Below are positions 27,162-40,304 of a stretch of DNA of 64,000 nucleotides, piece by piece (position 1 is the first letter of the stretch; every line of letters begins with the position of its first letter). The DNA comes from Octopus vulgaris. Taxonomy: Eukaryota. The notes under the pieces were generated by a model, which searched no databases, was not told the origin of the DNA, and was given only the letters and a program-made list of their open reading frames with translations. Both the position numbers and the translations under genes were made by a program. The DNA lies in the NCBI GenBank assembly GCA_951406725.2, contig OX597816.1, forward strand, positions 119,164,001 to 119,228,000, given 5' to 3'.

Positions 27162-27889
27162 TAAATGTGACCTCGTGTGTACCGTTGGCGATTTTTTTTC
27201 CTCTGTCTTCCCTTCTTTGGATCTTTCCTTCTCCCATGTTTCCGACGAAGAGCTCCGCTTGAAACGTTAAACCCTCCTTCTTTCCTTTTTTCTTGAGCGT
27301 CCAATAATACTATATTTGTTCCACGTCCTCGCGTTGTTGTGTTTTTTTGTGCTTTCTTGTTTGGATTAACTATATATATATAGTTAATCCAAACATGAAC
27401 AAAGAGAAAACACAACAACGCGAGGATTTGGAACAGTTATAGTGTTATTGGACACTCAGGAAAGGAAAGAAAGAAGGATTTCGAGCGGAGCTCTTCGTCA
27501 GAAACATAGAAAAAGGAAAGGTCCAAGGAAGGGAAGACGGAGAAAAAAAATCCTGTAAATGGTGGCGACAAAAAGAGAAAAGTGGAAATAGAAGAAGGAA
27601 GAAAGGTAAAAAGCGGATGAGAAGTGGAAGAGTCACGGACAAATTTTTGATGATTTCCAATCACGATTAGAGTGGCGGACTCCGGATGAATGGTAGCAGT
27701 AATCCGTAGGTGTAGGAATTCCAGGAATTGGTTACCCAAGTCAGTCAGAAGGCCGGGGTCCGTGTGAGTGTGTGGTATATATAATTAATCCAAACATGAA
27801 CAAAGAGAACGTGGAACAAGTATAGTGTTATTGGACGCCCAGGAAAGGAAAGAAAGAAGGAGAATTTAACGTTTCGAACGGACTTCTTC

Positions 27890-27890
<1 letters not shown>
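27162..27890. mobile_element. Three copies of a Penelope-like terminal repeat (one +, two -), tail-to-tail across (TA)n, carrying hammerhead-like cores
   Basis: 27162-27370 is mirrored by 27383-27552, and a third partial copy lies at 27781-27890. Motif gtttc(t/c)gacgaagagctccgctcgaaacgttaaac. The PLE assignment is an inference. Confidence 0.6.
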
Positions 27891-27956
<66 letters not shown>

Positions 27957-28014
27957 ACACGTGCGTACGTACGTGTGTATGTATGTTTGTATGTGTGCAT
28001 GTATGTATGTACCC

Positions 28015-28545
28015 TGTTACTTCCTCTTACTTCTGTCATTTGACTCACTCAAGTCTGGTACTTCTTCTATTGGTCTTTTTTTAGCAAGCCGCTAAGTCAA
28101 AGGGACGTAAACAAATACTGGTTGTCAAGCGATGTGAAGACAAACACGAAAACATGCGCTCGCATCCTTCCATCCATCCATCCATCCATCCATCCATCCA
28201 TCCATACATACATGCATACATACATATGTACATATATACATACGTACGTACTTACATACATACATGCATACATACATACATACATACATATGTACATATA
28301 TACATACGTACGTATATACATACATACATACATACATACATACATACATACATACATACATACATACATACCTACATACATACATACATACATAAGACAG
28401 GCTTCCACACAAATCTCGCCTACCAAACTCACTCACACGCCACTGATCAGTCAGGTTCTGTAGCAGAAGGCACTTCACCAAAGTGCCGCGTAGTGAGACT
28501 GAACCTAAAATCATGTGATTGCAAAGTGAACATCTTAACCTATGT
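28015..28545 (-). mobile_element. SINE family B, degenerate, with an expanded internal microsatellite
   Basis: Both halves of family B are recognisable around (CATC)n/(CATA)n. Confidence 0.75.
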
Positions 28546-28546
28546 C

Positions 28547-28589
<43 letters not shown>

Positions 28590-28596
28590 TGTATCT

Positions 28597-28933
28597 GAAG
28601 GCTCGTGACTCAATGGTTTGAGCGTCGGGCTCACAATTATGAGGTAGTTAGTTTGATTCTCGGACCGGGCTGCGTGTTGTGTTCTTGAGCAAAACACTTT
28701 ATTTCACGTAGCTCCAGTTCACGCAGCTGTGAAATGAGTTGTGACGTCACTGGGGCCAAGCTGTATCGGCCTTTGCCTTTCCTTTGGGTTACATCGGTGA
28801 AGTGAGGAGGGGAGGCTGATATGCATGATCGACTGCTGGTCATCGATAAACGACCTTGCCCAGACTTGTGCCTCGGAGGGGAACTCTCTAGGTGCAATCC
28901 CATGGTCATTCATGACTGGAGGGGGTCTTTACT
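28597..28933 (+). mobile_element. tRNA-derived SINE family D (shares its core with family C, different tail)
   Basis: Head gaaggctcgtgactcaatggtt...gtttgattc; core gtgttcttgagcaaaacacttt atttcacgt shared with 25506. Confidence 0.7.
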
Positions 28934-31299
28934 CTTTGTTTGTTTGTTTGTACGTATGTATGTATTTGTGCTTTTGAGTGTAATGTGTACATTTGCATAT
29001 ATGTAAATATATAGACATACAGAAAAACTACTACCGCATATATTTAGAAAACAACCCCACAATTGTAGTAATCAAATCTGTATAGAAAAATATTTCATAT
29101 TGAGAAATATACCACAGCAAAGCTATCTGTATATACTACAACTGACCAGCGTGTATACTGTCTGGTTTTGTCCTATACGATAATATGTACTGTAAGAAAC
29201 TATTTCGATCCGTATATACATTGTGTGTGACATGTAAGAGTGTATACATGTGAATATCTACAGTTATCCGCCTGCTTTGTATCTGTATACACCATAATCC
29301 AGTCACTTAAATGTATATAGAAATATATGTGTAGTTGTGTATGTATTCCTAGTGTTTCCCTGTGTATCTATGTGTTTGTTTGTGAATGCATGAACATGTG
29401 CGTGTGTGTGTTTATGTATATATGTGCACGTAAATGTATATGTATTAGATGAGTGTATTTGTCTATGCATGTATGTTTGATGTATGTAAGTGGCTGTGTA
29501 TGTATGTAGGAAAGTGTGAGCGTTTACGTGTGTATGTGTATATGCATGTATATGTACGTGCGTATGTGGGTCTCTGTGTGTATGTGATTATGTATGTATT
29601 TACATACGTATATATGCATGCATGTATTATAAAATGTGCGTACATGTATGTGTTCGTTGTGCGTAGTTGTATACCTAATGTGTATAATATGAGAGCGTAT
29701 AGTATAATAATGTATACTGTGAGAGGTCACTTCTTCTCCATAACTAAATTAAGTGAGTCGTGTCAATAAGCAAACCAACAATCAAAGTTCCGAATGAATT
29801 TCAAATTGAGTCTAAACTAGCATGCCATTTAGTCCGGCCTCAGAAATGATGGATGTGGCATTATTGAATAGAATGAGGCACTCAGCTGTGAGTTATTGTC
29901 GTTAAATCAATGAACAGAAATACCGTTTTCGACACTATGCTCGGTTGGTCGATCATGATCTCCTCGGAAACTCCTTCTGATTGCCTACTAGTTCTTCTTA
30001 GGCGAAATAATTTAGGAATTATTTATTACCGATTCTCTGTGTCAGAACTGAGGTCATTTTCATTAAGGACTGATCAATTTAAGTAGAAGATACTAAGAAA
30101 TCATTTGTTATACTGAAATGCTATTGTTCGCTGATAACGATGGCAAAATGGTGAAATTCTGTTCACAGATAAGCAAAGCATAGGGACGGTCGAAGGTAGT
30201 GAGTGAGTGTGAAATATTTAGCGGGAAAAAATATATTATCGATCATTTAGTAATGGTTGGATAAACGGGGGACGATTAATCGATCACTGTTACAGTAAGA
30301 ACGCTTACGGCTTTCACTTATTCACCGTGCATGTCTTAACAAGCATTTCTCGAGTTTTGTCGAAGAAACAAATAAAGGAACGATTAATTTAGACGGAGCA
30401 GCCATCCACTTTTTAACAAGTGGTTCATTTCAGTGAGTATTCAAGAAACAAACACAAAACAACAATTTGCACGTCAGCACCGTTCCTCTGAATTGCCATC
30501 AAACTTCCCTGCTACACTTGAGTCTGAGTATGGTGGAGAGTGACGTCTGCAGGATTTGTGCAGTCCACTACACCGGTCCATAATATGAATGATGCCCTGT
30601 GACGCACTGGTGCAGACCACCACGCCAGGCCGATGATGTTCCAAGACGCTGCTGCGACCACGACGTGAGGATGGGTCGAATTTATGTAATGCATTCCAAC
30701 GACTCATGAGAGATCCTGTCTCCGAGTCAATGAGAGAGCCTTAGCTGTTGCTTAACTTACAAGAAACAGCAATCAAATATCCCTCAATTCACACCCTGAC
30801 GTCTTAAAAAGGAAAGGATACCTTACATAATGTAATCCATATCTGGCAAAAAGAAAACAGATAGGATGGTCATAATTGGAGCATCTAGTTGTTGTTCCCG
30901 ATGCATTACACTTTTCTTCATCCCTTTATATATTTTTTTAAGCACAGAAAAGTAAATGGAACAGAATCAAAATAATCTGACTTTTGCAACTTACACATAT
31001 TCTTTATCCTAAGAAATGAGTAAACTATTGCAGCATAAAACACAACATACAGATCTGCACATCCACCGACTCCAGATACTTGCACATATACACTTACATG
31101 TACAAGCTCTTTGTTGATGTTGAAATTTCAGTGAAGGAGCATTGCATCAAGATTAGAAACCAGCTCTTTCTCCGTTGGCAAGAAAACTAGAAATAAAACT
31201 AAATAATTACATACATACGTACATATGCCCGTATGTACGTACGTTTGTATGTATGCATGTATGTAAGTATGTATGTATGTATGTAAGTATGTATGTATG

Positions 31300-31333
<34 letters not shown>

Positions 31334-31917
31334 TGTATGTATGTATATATGTGAGGAGAGATAATAATACAAGAGAAAGATATAGTTGACAGAGAGTAAA
31401 GGAAATATACGGCAGAGATACTTCATAAATTTTTGTGGTAATATTGTGAGTAAGTAATCCAATAGGAAAACTTGTTTCTAAATCATTTTGAAGTGTACCA
31501 AGAAATTAAAGACTGTAATAAAATATAGATTTTTTTTCGTCCGATCCCCAAATAATGATTAACGAAGTAAAAATGGTTGCAAGATTTTAAAAAATTACTC
31601 TGGCCAGAAAAAATACGAAAAAATAAATGAATTGTGTACTTTTCAAATATGTTATGCTTTATATTCCCGCATGGAAATATTCACCGATAAAAAATCTTTA
31701 GAATAAAAAAATATATGGACTGTAAATTACTAAGAGTGAGAAAACATAAACGCTTATAGAATTGCTAAAAGGGAAACGGAGGAAATACTATTTGGTTTGC
31801 TATATTTTAAATCTCATTGAACTGGTGAAACTGTTGTCTGATAAGTGGTTATTGATAAAAATATATCATCGAGGAAATTTCAAATTTTGAAACGGGCTTG
31901 TTTTTTTTGGTGTCGGC

Positions 31918-31955
<38 letters not shown>

Positions 31956-32089
31956 GTGTGTGTGTGTGTATTTATGCATCTATATATATTTATGTGTGTA
32001 TGTGTGTGTATACACGTATATATATATATATGTGTGTGTGTATATGTATGTATGAGTGTTTAGTAGTAGAAGCAGCAGGATAAATGGAA

Positions 32090-32390
32090 CTTAATACATG
32101 AATTATTATCTATAGGAATTGGTATACAACTTGCAAAACAAATACTTATTACCAACTTAGACCACTCTAAGAAAGACGAAAACACCGGAAGACAAAAGCA
32201 GATGAAAAATGTTTCCAAATGCCCATGTAAACTGTAAATAGAAATCTGACCTATAGCATCAAGTATCCGAATTGCAATAAAATGTATCTTGGGCCAGATG
32301 GGAAACTCAATATCGGAATACACGCGAGTAGACCGGCAATAGCTTAATCCAGCAGATTCCATTATGTAATCATTTAGCAACATCTGTCAT
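32090..32390 (+). mobile_element. Penelope-like element remnant (GIY-YIG endonuclease region)
   Basis: Frameshifted translation: GIQLAKQIL...NLTYSIKYPNCNKMYLG/QMGNSISEYTRVDRQ*LNP/QIPLCNHLAT. Confidence 0.6.
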
Positions 32391-32638
32391 AAAGTTTTTA
32401 AATATTTTCATTTTACAATAGGTGGTAAGCTAGTTGAACTGTTAGCACGCCAAGATCGTCTTTGTTTTTCCAACTTTTGAGGTCAATAAAATTAGTACAA
32501 GTCGAGTACTGGGGACGTCGTAATCAACACACGAACTCACATAAAGAATCTTGCAAACCAAATCCAAAAACGAAATTTGAAACTAATGTTTTCATTTTAA
32601 GAACTTATTTAGTTGTGCCTATTGTTGTTATTGTTGTA

Positions 32639-32715
<77 letters not shown>

Positions 32716-32873
32716 GGCGTAGGAGTGGCTGTGTGGTAAGTAACTTGCTTACGAACCACATGGTTCCGGGTTCAGTCCCACTGCGTAGCATATTGTCTTC
32801 TACTATATAACCTCGGGCCGACCAAAGCCTTGTGAGTGGATTTGGTAGACGGAAACTGAAAAGAAGCCCGTCG
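32716..32873 (+). mobile_element. SINE family B, 5' half
   Basis: ggcgtaggagtggctgtgtggtaagtaac...gagtggatttggtagacggaaactgaaaagaagcccgtcg. Confidence 0.9.
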
Positions 32874-32875
32874 TA

Positions 32876-32953
<78 letters not shown>

Positions 32954-32958
<5 letters not shown>

Positions 32959-33097
32959 CGAAATGGGACAAGAACGCAAAACATCCAGATACACGATACA
33001 AAGAAAACAAGGACGGGTCATTAGAAGTTTTCTCTCTTCAGTCAAGTACCAGAAGAAAACTGCTGTCCGGATGTTCTGCGTTCTTGTCCCATTTTGC

Positions 33098-33101
<4 letters not shown>
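32954..33101. mobile_element. Short element with 36-bp inverted ends, embedded in microsatellites; same family at 33736-33958 and 63686-63760
   Basis: taatacgaaatgggacaagaacgcaaaacatccaga versus reverse complement taatgcaaaatgggacaagaacgcagaacatccgga (32/36). Confidence 0.7.
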
Positions 33102-33160
<59 letters not shown>

Positions 33161-33374
33161 CTTTTACTCTTTTACTCTTTTATTTGTCTCAGTCATTTGA
33201 CTGCGGCCATGCTGGAGCAGCGCCTTTAGTCGAGCAACTCGACTCCGGGACTTATTCTTTGTAAGCCCAGTACTTATTCTATCGGTCTCTTTTGCCAAAC
33301 CGCTAAGTGACGGGGACGTAAACACACCAGCATCGGTTGTCAAGCAATGCTAGAGGGACAAACACAGACACACA

Positions 33375-33450
<76 letters not shown>

Positions 33451-33613
33451 CGACAGGCTTCTTTCAGTTTCCGTCTACCAAATCCACTCACAAGGCATTG
33501 GTCGGCCCGGGGCTATAGCAGAAGACACTTGCCCAAGATGCCACGCAGTGGGACTGAATCCGGAACCATGAGATTGGTTAGCAAGCTGCTTACCACACAG
33601 CCACTCCTGCGCC
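33161..33613 (-). mobile_element. Full-length SINE family B
   Basis: Near-identical to 26353-26766. Confidence 0.9.
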
Positions 33614-33644
33614 TATATATATATATATATAGCGGCGTTCTCTT

Positions 33645-33739
<95 letters not shown>

Positions 33740-33959
33740 CAAAATGGAACAAGAGCGCAAAACATCCGGGCAACTAGGTGATACAAAAAGGAACAACAAA
33801 GCATCCAGATAGACGATACAAAAAAAACAAAACAAGGACGGGTCATTCGAAGTTTTTTTATCCTCAGTCAAGAACCGGATCATCCTCGCAATTTCGTCTG
33901 ATTAATCTTGAGATTGCTCCAATCTGGCCAGCCCCAAGGATATACTAAGCTAAGAGCTA

Positions 33960-34410
33960 ATTAATATTTAATTCCCTGTAAAGACTGAAATTCATGTCAT
34001 CACGCAAACACTTATATTGGATACACAAATCGACTTTTTCTCCTCAGTTAACCATTCACTTACAACAAAGAACCATCGTAAGTCATTATAAAACTACACC
34101 ATATGAAATTAGATACAAAATCATTGGCAGATCATAGAATTCCACAAAAAAAAATTACGATAGCTATGGGCAGTTTATTACTAGCACGATACAAACCAAA
34201 CACCAACACACAGATAGACCACAAGCATGGACAGTACAAGGACTTGAGTGATTAATAATTTTTAAATATGGCGTTGATGATTGTTGTTAACTATTTCAAT
34301 ATTCCTTTGATATTTTGTTAATATCATGTTATTCTGATGATGAAGCCGAGAAGGTTTCAAAATGTTAATTTACTAATGGATTTAAGAATTCCATTGTTCT
34401 GAATGAAATA
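33960..34410 (+). mobile_element. Penelope-like element 3' end: GIY-YIG remnant plus a decayed hammerhead-like motif
   Basis: Translated pieces TYIGYTN, LTIHLQQRTIVSHYKT and LLARYKPNTNTQ. ctgatga-tgaagcc-gagaa-ggtttca-aaatgtt at 34334-34366. Confidence 0.6.
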
Positions 34411-34828
34411 TCATGGAAATATGGGTAAAGAAATCCTGATAAAAATTCTTAATCTCGGACATACCAATATCTTTAGTATAACGTTTATGAGAATAAAGCA
34501 GTTCCCTATTTCAGCATATGCATACATACGTGTGCTCACGCACACACCCACATACACATACACGCTTACACATACACACGTGCGTATATATATGCGTGTG
34601 TGTGTGTATGTATTTATACATACAGACATACCTGTATAGATGTACAGTCCGATGAAGTCTAGCATGCCGAATCTCTGGAGTCACTGTCATCACTCTTATT
34701 GCAAAAATATAAATACACTTTCTACAAAAGATATTGAATAATCCTTTAGTTTAATATGAGATTATTTTTTTTATTATAGTTCAGCATACAAACAAACATC
34801 AATACATGTGAGTGTGTGTGTGCGTGTA

Positions 34829-35042
34829 AGGCGGTGAGATTGCAGAATCGTTAGCACGCTATACAAAATACTTAGCAGCGTCTCGTCCATCTTTATGTTC
34901 TGAGTTCAAATTGCACCGAGGTCGACTTTGCCTTTTCTCCCTTTGAGGTTAATAAAATGAGTACAAGTTGAGCACTGTGGTCGACATAATTGACTTACTC
35001 CCTTCCTCCGCACTTGCTGACCTTGTGCTAAAATTCGAAACC
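34829..35042 (+). mobile_element. SINE family A
   Basis: aggcggtgagattgcagaatcgttagcacg...gagttcaaatt...ccttgtgctaaaattcgaaacc. Confidence 0.9.
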
Positions 35043-35071
35043 TGTATGTGTGTGTGTGTATGTGTGTGTGT

Positions 35072-35180
35072 AATCCGTAGTATCCATGGATATCGGGTGG
35101 TTCATAGTTCATGCGTTCATTGCCTGATGAAATGAACGCATGAGCTATGATCCACCCGACGTCGAAGAACACTTTGGATT
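35072..35180. repeat. 109-bp hairpin/palindrome (50-bp arms, 9-nt loop)
   Basis: tcgggtggttcatagttcatgcgttcatt [gcctgatga] aatgaacgcatgagctatgatccacccga. The inner 29 bp have only 2 non-Watson-Crick positions. Confidence 0.85.
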
Positions 35181-35206
35181 GTACTATATTCATCCCAGGA
35201 ATACAG

Positions 35207-35250
<44 letters not shown>

Positions 35251-35780
35251 ACACACACACACATACACACACACACTCACACACCACACACACACACACA
35301 TATATATCTATCTATCTATATATATATATATATAATGTACTTATTTGTGTATTGTATAAATATGCATATACATGTACACACACACGAACACTTGCGAACA
35401 TATTCAAAAGTATGTACATATGTAGGTCTGTGCATGCGTACAATGTCTATTCAAGATCGTACATTCGTTCGTCATGAATGAAGCGAAAGTTACTAAACAT
35501 TTAATTAGGATAGATGCTTGTACAGCATTTCTAAGTACCAGCTGTACATGATTGCAATCATCTGAGCTATCACTATAATTAATGATACTGTCTAAATGAC
35601 CATATTTATAATCCAGAAGAAATTTTATTGATTGAACAGGTCGCTGTTTGTTCGTTTTCTTAAGCAGTTATCAATCAAAATATTAGCCACGTTGAATATA
35701 TACTACGTGAAATTTAAGCCGGTAGTTGGAAGGAAAATGTGTGTGTTTGTGTGAATGTGTGTGTGTGTATGTGTGTAAGC

Positions 35781-35801
35781 GGGAGAGAGAGAGAGAGTGA
35801 A

Positions 35802-35832
<31 letters not shown>

Positions 35833-36330
35833 AAGAGAAATATGTATAAGAAGAAAAAGAAGTGAAGAGAGTTAGAGAGAGTAAAGAGAGAAAATATATA
35901 GATCAAGGTAGAGGCCAACAGATGAAAGAGAGAAAGAGAGAAGAAAGAGACCAACGAGAGAGAAAGAGAGAAGGGGAGGAATGAAGGAGAGAGACAGAGA
36001 AAAATGGGATGAAAAGAAGGGATAGAGGTATAAAGGGGAAGAGAGAGAAATGGAGAGAGTTAGAGAGATATACAAAGAAAGAGAAGAAATAAGAAAAATA
36101 AGATGGAGGATTATGGTTGATAGAAAACGTGGACGAAAGAGAGAGATGGGGGGGAGAGGGAGAAAGGGAGAGAAAGAAATGAAAGCGTAGACATAAAGAG
36201 AAAAAAGGAGAAAGTGTGGGGGAGAGTGAGAGAAAGTGAGAGAGAGAAAGAGAGAGAGACGGAAGGAAGGAGAGAGAGACGGAAGGAAGGAGAGAGAGAC
36301 AATAGAGAAAGGAAAATAATGAGGGAGATA
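35781..36330 (+). repeat. Polypurine (GA-rich) low-complexity tract; similar tracts at 5220-5610 and, as polypyrimidine, at 7741-8010
   Basis: Directly visible strand-asymmetric composition. Confidence 0.85.
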
Positions 36331-36702
36331 TAATTTCACACTACAGCATTAGTGACCCAAACTCAACATTACTTCATTTTCCAACACATGATATAAACGT
36401 GCAGACACATACCTAGACACATTGGCCGACTTATATACACACGTACATACATACAAATATACATACATATATATGTATTGGCAAACATAATGCATTGACA
36501 TCCACACAGAAATATACATATACAGTCATCTTATATAGCAACATACACATACATGCGGTATATATGTATGTATGAACGTATGTATATACATGCATATTTA
36601 TATAAGTATGTATATGTATGTATACTTACAGATATGTATGTATAGAAATATGAATTTATACATGTATGTGTATGCTATATAAATATGCATATACGTGTGC
36701 AT

Positions 36703-36733
<31 letters not shown>

Positions 36734-36862
36734 CATAGATATGGATACATACACATACACACATGTATGTATGCATGCATATGTACAGTATATATATGTA
36801 CATACGTATAAACATGTATATCTACATTTATATTTATACACGCACATATACATATATACACA

Positions 36863-36893
<31 letters not shown>

Positions 36894-36966
36894 ATATATG
36901 ATTATATATATTTGGCCATACAATGATATGCACATACATATATCTTCGCCCCCCACTTCCTACCCA

Positions 36967-37030
<64 letters not shown>

Positions 37031-37488
37031 TGTATGTATGTATGTATGTATGTATACAAACACACACACACACATCTATTTATACACGTACACACACAGA
37101 GATATTTAGATATCTTTACATTCATACATATTTATGTATGTAAGCATATAGCATGTAAGTATAAAAGTATAAATACACACAAGTTTACATATATTACTTT
37201 GTCGGATGATCTATATACATATGAAAGATATTTACATAACACTTGCATCTTTGCATATATACAAATTAATTTATAGACAAATAAACAGAAATGCTTAAAC
37301 ATACACTACACAGCCAGAGCTAAAACTAAGAGTTCAAATGAAGCTTGATAAATGAAGTTATCTCACTGCTTATTCTCAAAGGAGTGAGTCTAATGAAGCT
37401 TTAAATCATACTACTCAACTATACAATGGTTAGGTTAGGAATGTACCAGAGAGGTATATATTTGCGTGTATATACGTTATTACGTTAC

Positions 37489-37519
<31 letters not shown>

Positions 37520-37603
37520 CATACATACATACATACATACATACATGCTTATATGTTTTCATACATATATACAGATACTTACATGCACATATGCAGACAT
37601 AGG

Positions 37604-37639
<36 letters not shown>

Positions 37640-37659
37640 CATGTATGTATGTGTGTGTA

Positions 37660-37693
<34 letters not shown>

Positions 37694-37714
37694 ATATATA
37701 ATATATAATATATA

Positions 37715-37759
<45 letters not shown>

Positions 37760-37838
37760 ATGGATGTATATATATTCATTCGCTCCCCTTTCATCTCGTT
37801 CTTATTTTGTCAACTCAATACAACTAGCTACTATCTTT

Positions 37839-37891
<53 letters not shown>

Positions 37892-37924
37892 GGATATATA
37901 CATATATACAGGTATAATACATAT

Positions 37925-37959
<35 letters not shown>

Positions 37960-38216
37960 CACACATGCATACACACACAGATGCATGTATTTATTACATC
38001 TTACGTTCAAGCATATATACATTAATGCAACATAACCTCACTTATTTATGCATGCAAGTATGAATGTATGTATATATCTATGTATGGGCTATATATTAAA
38101 GAAAACAAGAGGGAGAATGGATAAGGTTAGACAGAACAAACATGAGAAAAATTATTCAATACATTCACATGTATATTTACTATTTTCTAATCGGCATAAG
38201 TTATAATGAATTGACA

Positions 38217-38282
<66 letters not shown>

Positions 38283-38288
<6 letters not shown>

Positions 38289-38492
38289 ATCCAAACAAGA
38301 AAGCACAAAAAAACACAGCAACGCGAGGACGTGGAACAAATATAGTATTATTGGACGCCCAGGAAAGAAGGAAAGAAGGAGGGATTAACGTTTCGAGCGG
38401 AGCTCTTCGTCGGAAACATAGGAGAAGGAAAGATCCAGAGAAGGGAAGACAGAGGAAAAAAAATCGCCAACTGTACACACGCGGTCACATTT
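38283..38492 (-). mobile_element. Penelope-like terminal repeat, same family as 27162-27370
   Basis: Near-identical reverse complement of 27162-27370, abutting (TA)n. Hammerhead-like core at 38383-38417. Confidence 0.65.
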
Positions 38493-40262
38493 TCAGGCCG
38501 CCACCGACAACAGATGCAGGATGGCCACCACTAACACCAACACAGACGTCTCAAAAATATTTCTACTAAATATCGGAGGTTGTTGCATGGTGACTGTGAA
38601 ACAAGAGTCTCATTACTAAGAGACTTTGCTGCATGCAATCAAGCTCAAATGCATAACACTTGTGGAAACGTATCTTACACTTGATATACGGGATGTAAAA
38701 ATACATATACATCAGTATGTTGTCATACGCTCTGAAAAAGAAGGAAGGGTTTATGGAGGAGTTGCTGTGTACATTCGAGAGGACCTCACGCCCGAGGTCC
38801 TGCTGTCATATTCAAATTCAATGTGTGACACTGTAATGGTACACATAAGCCAACTTAATATTGTCATATGTAACTACATATCGCCCACCGGATGCTCCAA
38901 ATCATACAGGTAAGTTTGAAGACTGCCTAGTAAAGATAGAAGTCCTCGCCAAACTGGAACAACATATCAGCGTATTTCTTTCGGGTGACTTTACCTTCCC
39001 CAATGTGGGATAGCCTGGGATCTACATGCTCCCAGGAATGACGCATCACCAATAAGTGCAGGCGGAGTCCTTGCTCCATCTTACCAACGCTCCTTTCGTG
39101 GAGCAAATTGTACTGCAACCAACCAGGGCAAATAATATTCTGGATCTGTGCTTCACAAACAATATGGACATTATCCATAATGTTAAAGGGATGCCGACGC
39201 TGATCTCGGATCACAACATAATAGAGATGTCTATGTATGGACCAAAAGCCCCACAGACGTACAGCCTATACGAAGCACCCAAAGTCTCTCCAAGCTAAAT
39301 TTTCATAAAGCAAACTGGAAGTTGATTGAGAAAGAGATCCTCAAACAAGTTTGTCCTCTCCACACCAGACAATGACATGAAACACAAATATATCATGTTC
39401 ACAATGAAAGCCATAATGTCCCAATCCGCAGGGCCACCATACACAAAACCAGGATCCCTAGGGAAAGAAAGATTCCTATGAGACGACGGGCAAAGATTGC
39501 GAGCCGACTGAGCAAGCACCCCAAAGAGAAAGTGCTATTGGAGATTGAGAAAAATCTGCATCAATCTTACGAAAAGGAAGCTTGGGTTATAGAAAATATC
39601 AATTCCAACCTTAAAGCTGTCTTTAACTTTGCCAAAGAAACAGCCTCAAAAAGATGGCTCAAAAAGATGGCTCTCTCACAGGAAACCCAATTAGGATAAG
39701 TGAAATACTGAATGAACAGTTCCAAAGCGTATTCTCTATATCTCTGGGACACAGGCAAGTGAACAAGCCAGCAGAATTCTTTGCCACTCTACCTGTAATC
39801 AAAGAGGCGGAAATTGATTACATCAACATTGAAGAAGATGTAACACTGGCCATATATGAGGTTGACACCAACTCAGTTGAAGAAAATGACTTGCTGACTG
39901 ACACCCAGCATGGATTCGACCAGGTAGAAGCTGCCTAACACACCTCTTGCAACACTACGACTGAGTGTTAAAACAGCTGCTAAATGATTTAAGTGTTGAT
40001 GTGATATATCTCAACTTTGCAAAAGCCTTTGATAAATCGACCATGGTATGACATGTTACAAGCTGCGTGATCTCGGCATAGTTGGAAAATTTGGAGAGTG
40101 GCTGCACGACTTTCTAAAAGATAGACGTCAGGCAGTGGTGGCCAACGGAGCCACCTCCAAGGAAACACAAATAGCAAGTGGTGTTCTACATAGCACTGTC
40201 TTAGGGCCATTGTTATTCATATTGGTCCTCTCAGACATGCCGTCAGCTGCTCAGCTACCCAC
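38493..40262 (+). mobile_element. CR1-group LINE ORF2 fragment (APE endonuclease and N-terminal half of RT), frameshifted, internally deleted and 3'-truncated
   Basis: ITLVETYL..GGVAVYIRE; GDF; PTRANNILDLCFTN..SDHNII; QHGFRPGRSC; DVIYLNFAKAFD; SGVLHSTVLGPLLFILVLSDMP. Confidence 0.9.
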
Positions 40263-40304
40263 CTTTTTAATTAATTTCTTTTTAACTAAACAGACTTTTA
40301 TATT

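Noticed and set aside
30474-30707. GC-rich block with two short minus-strand ORFs
   Set aside because: No convincing domain or splice sites. It may be a decayed LINE end but I could not assign it.
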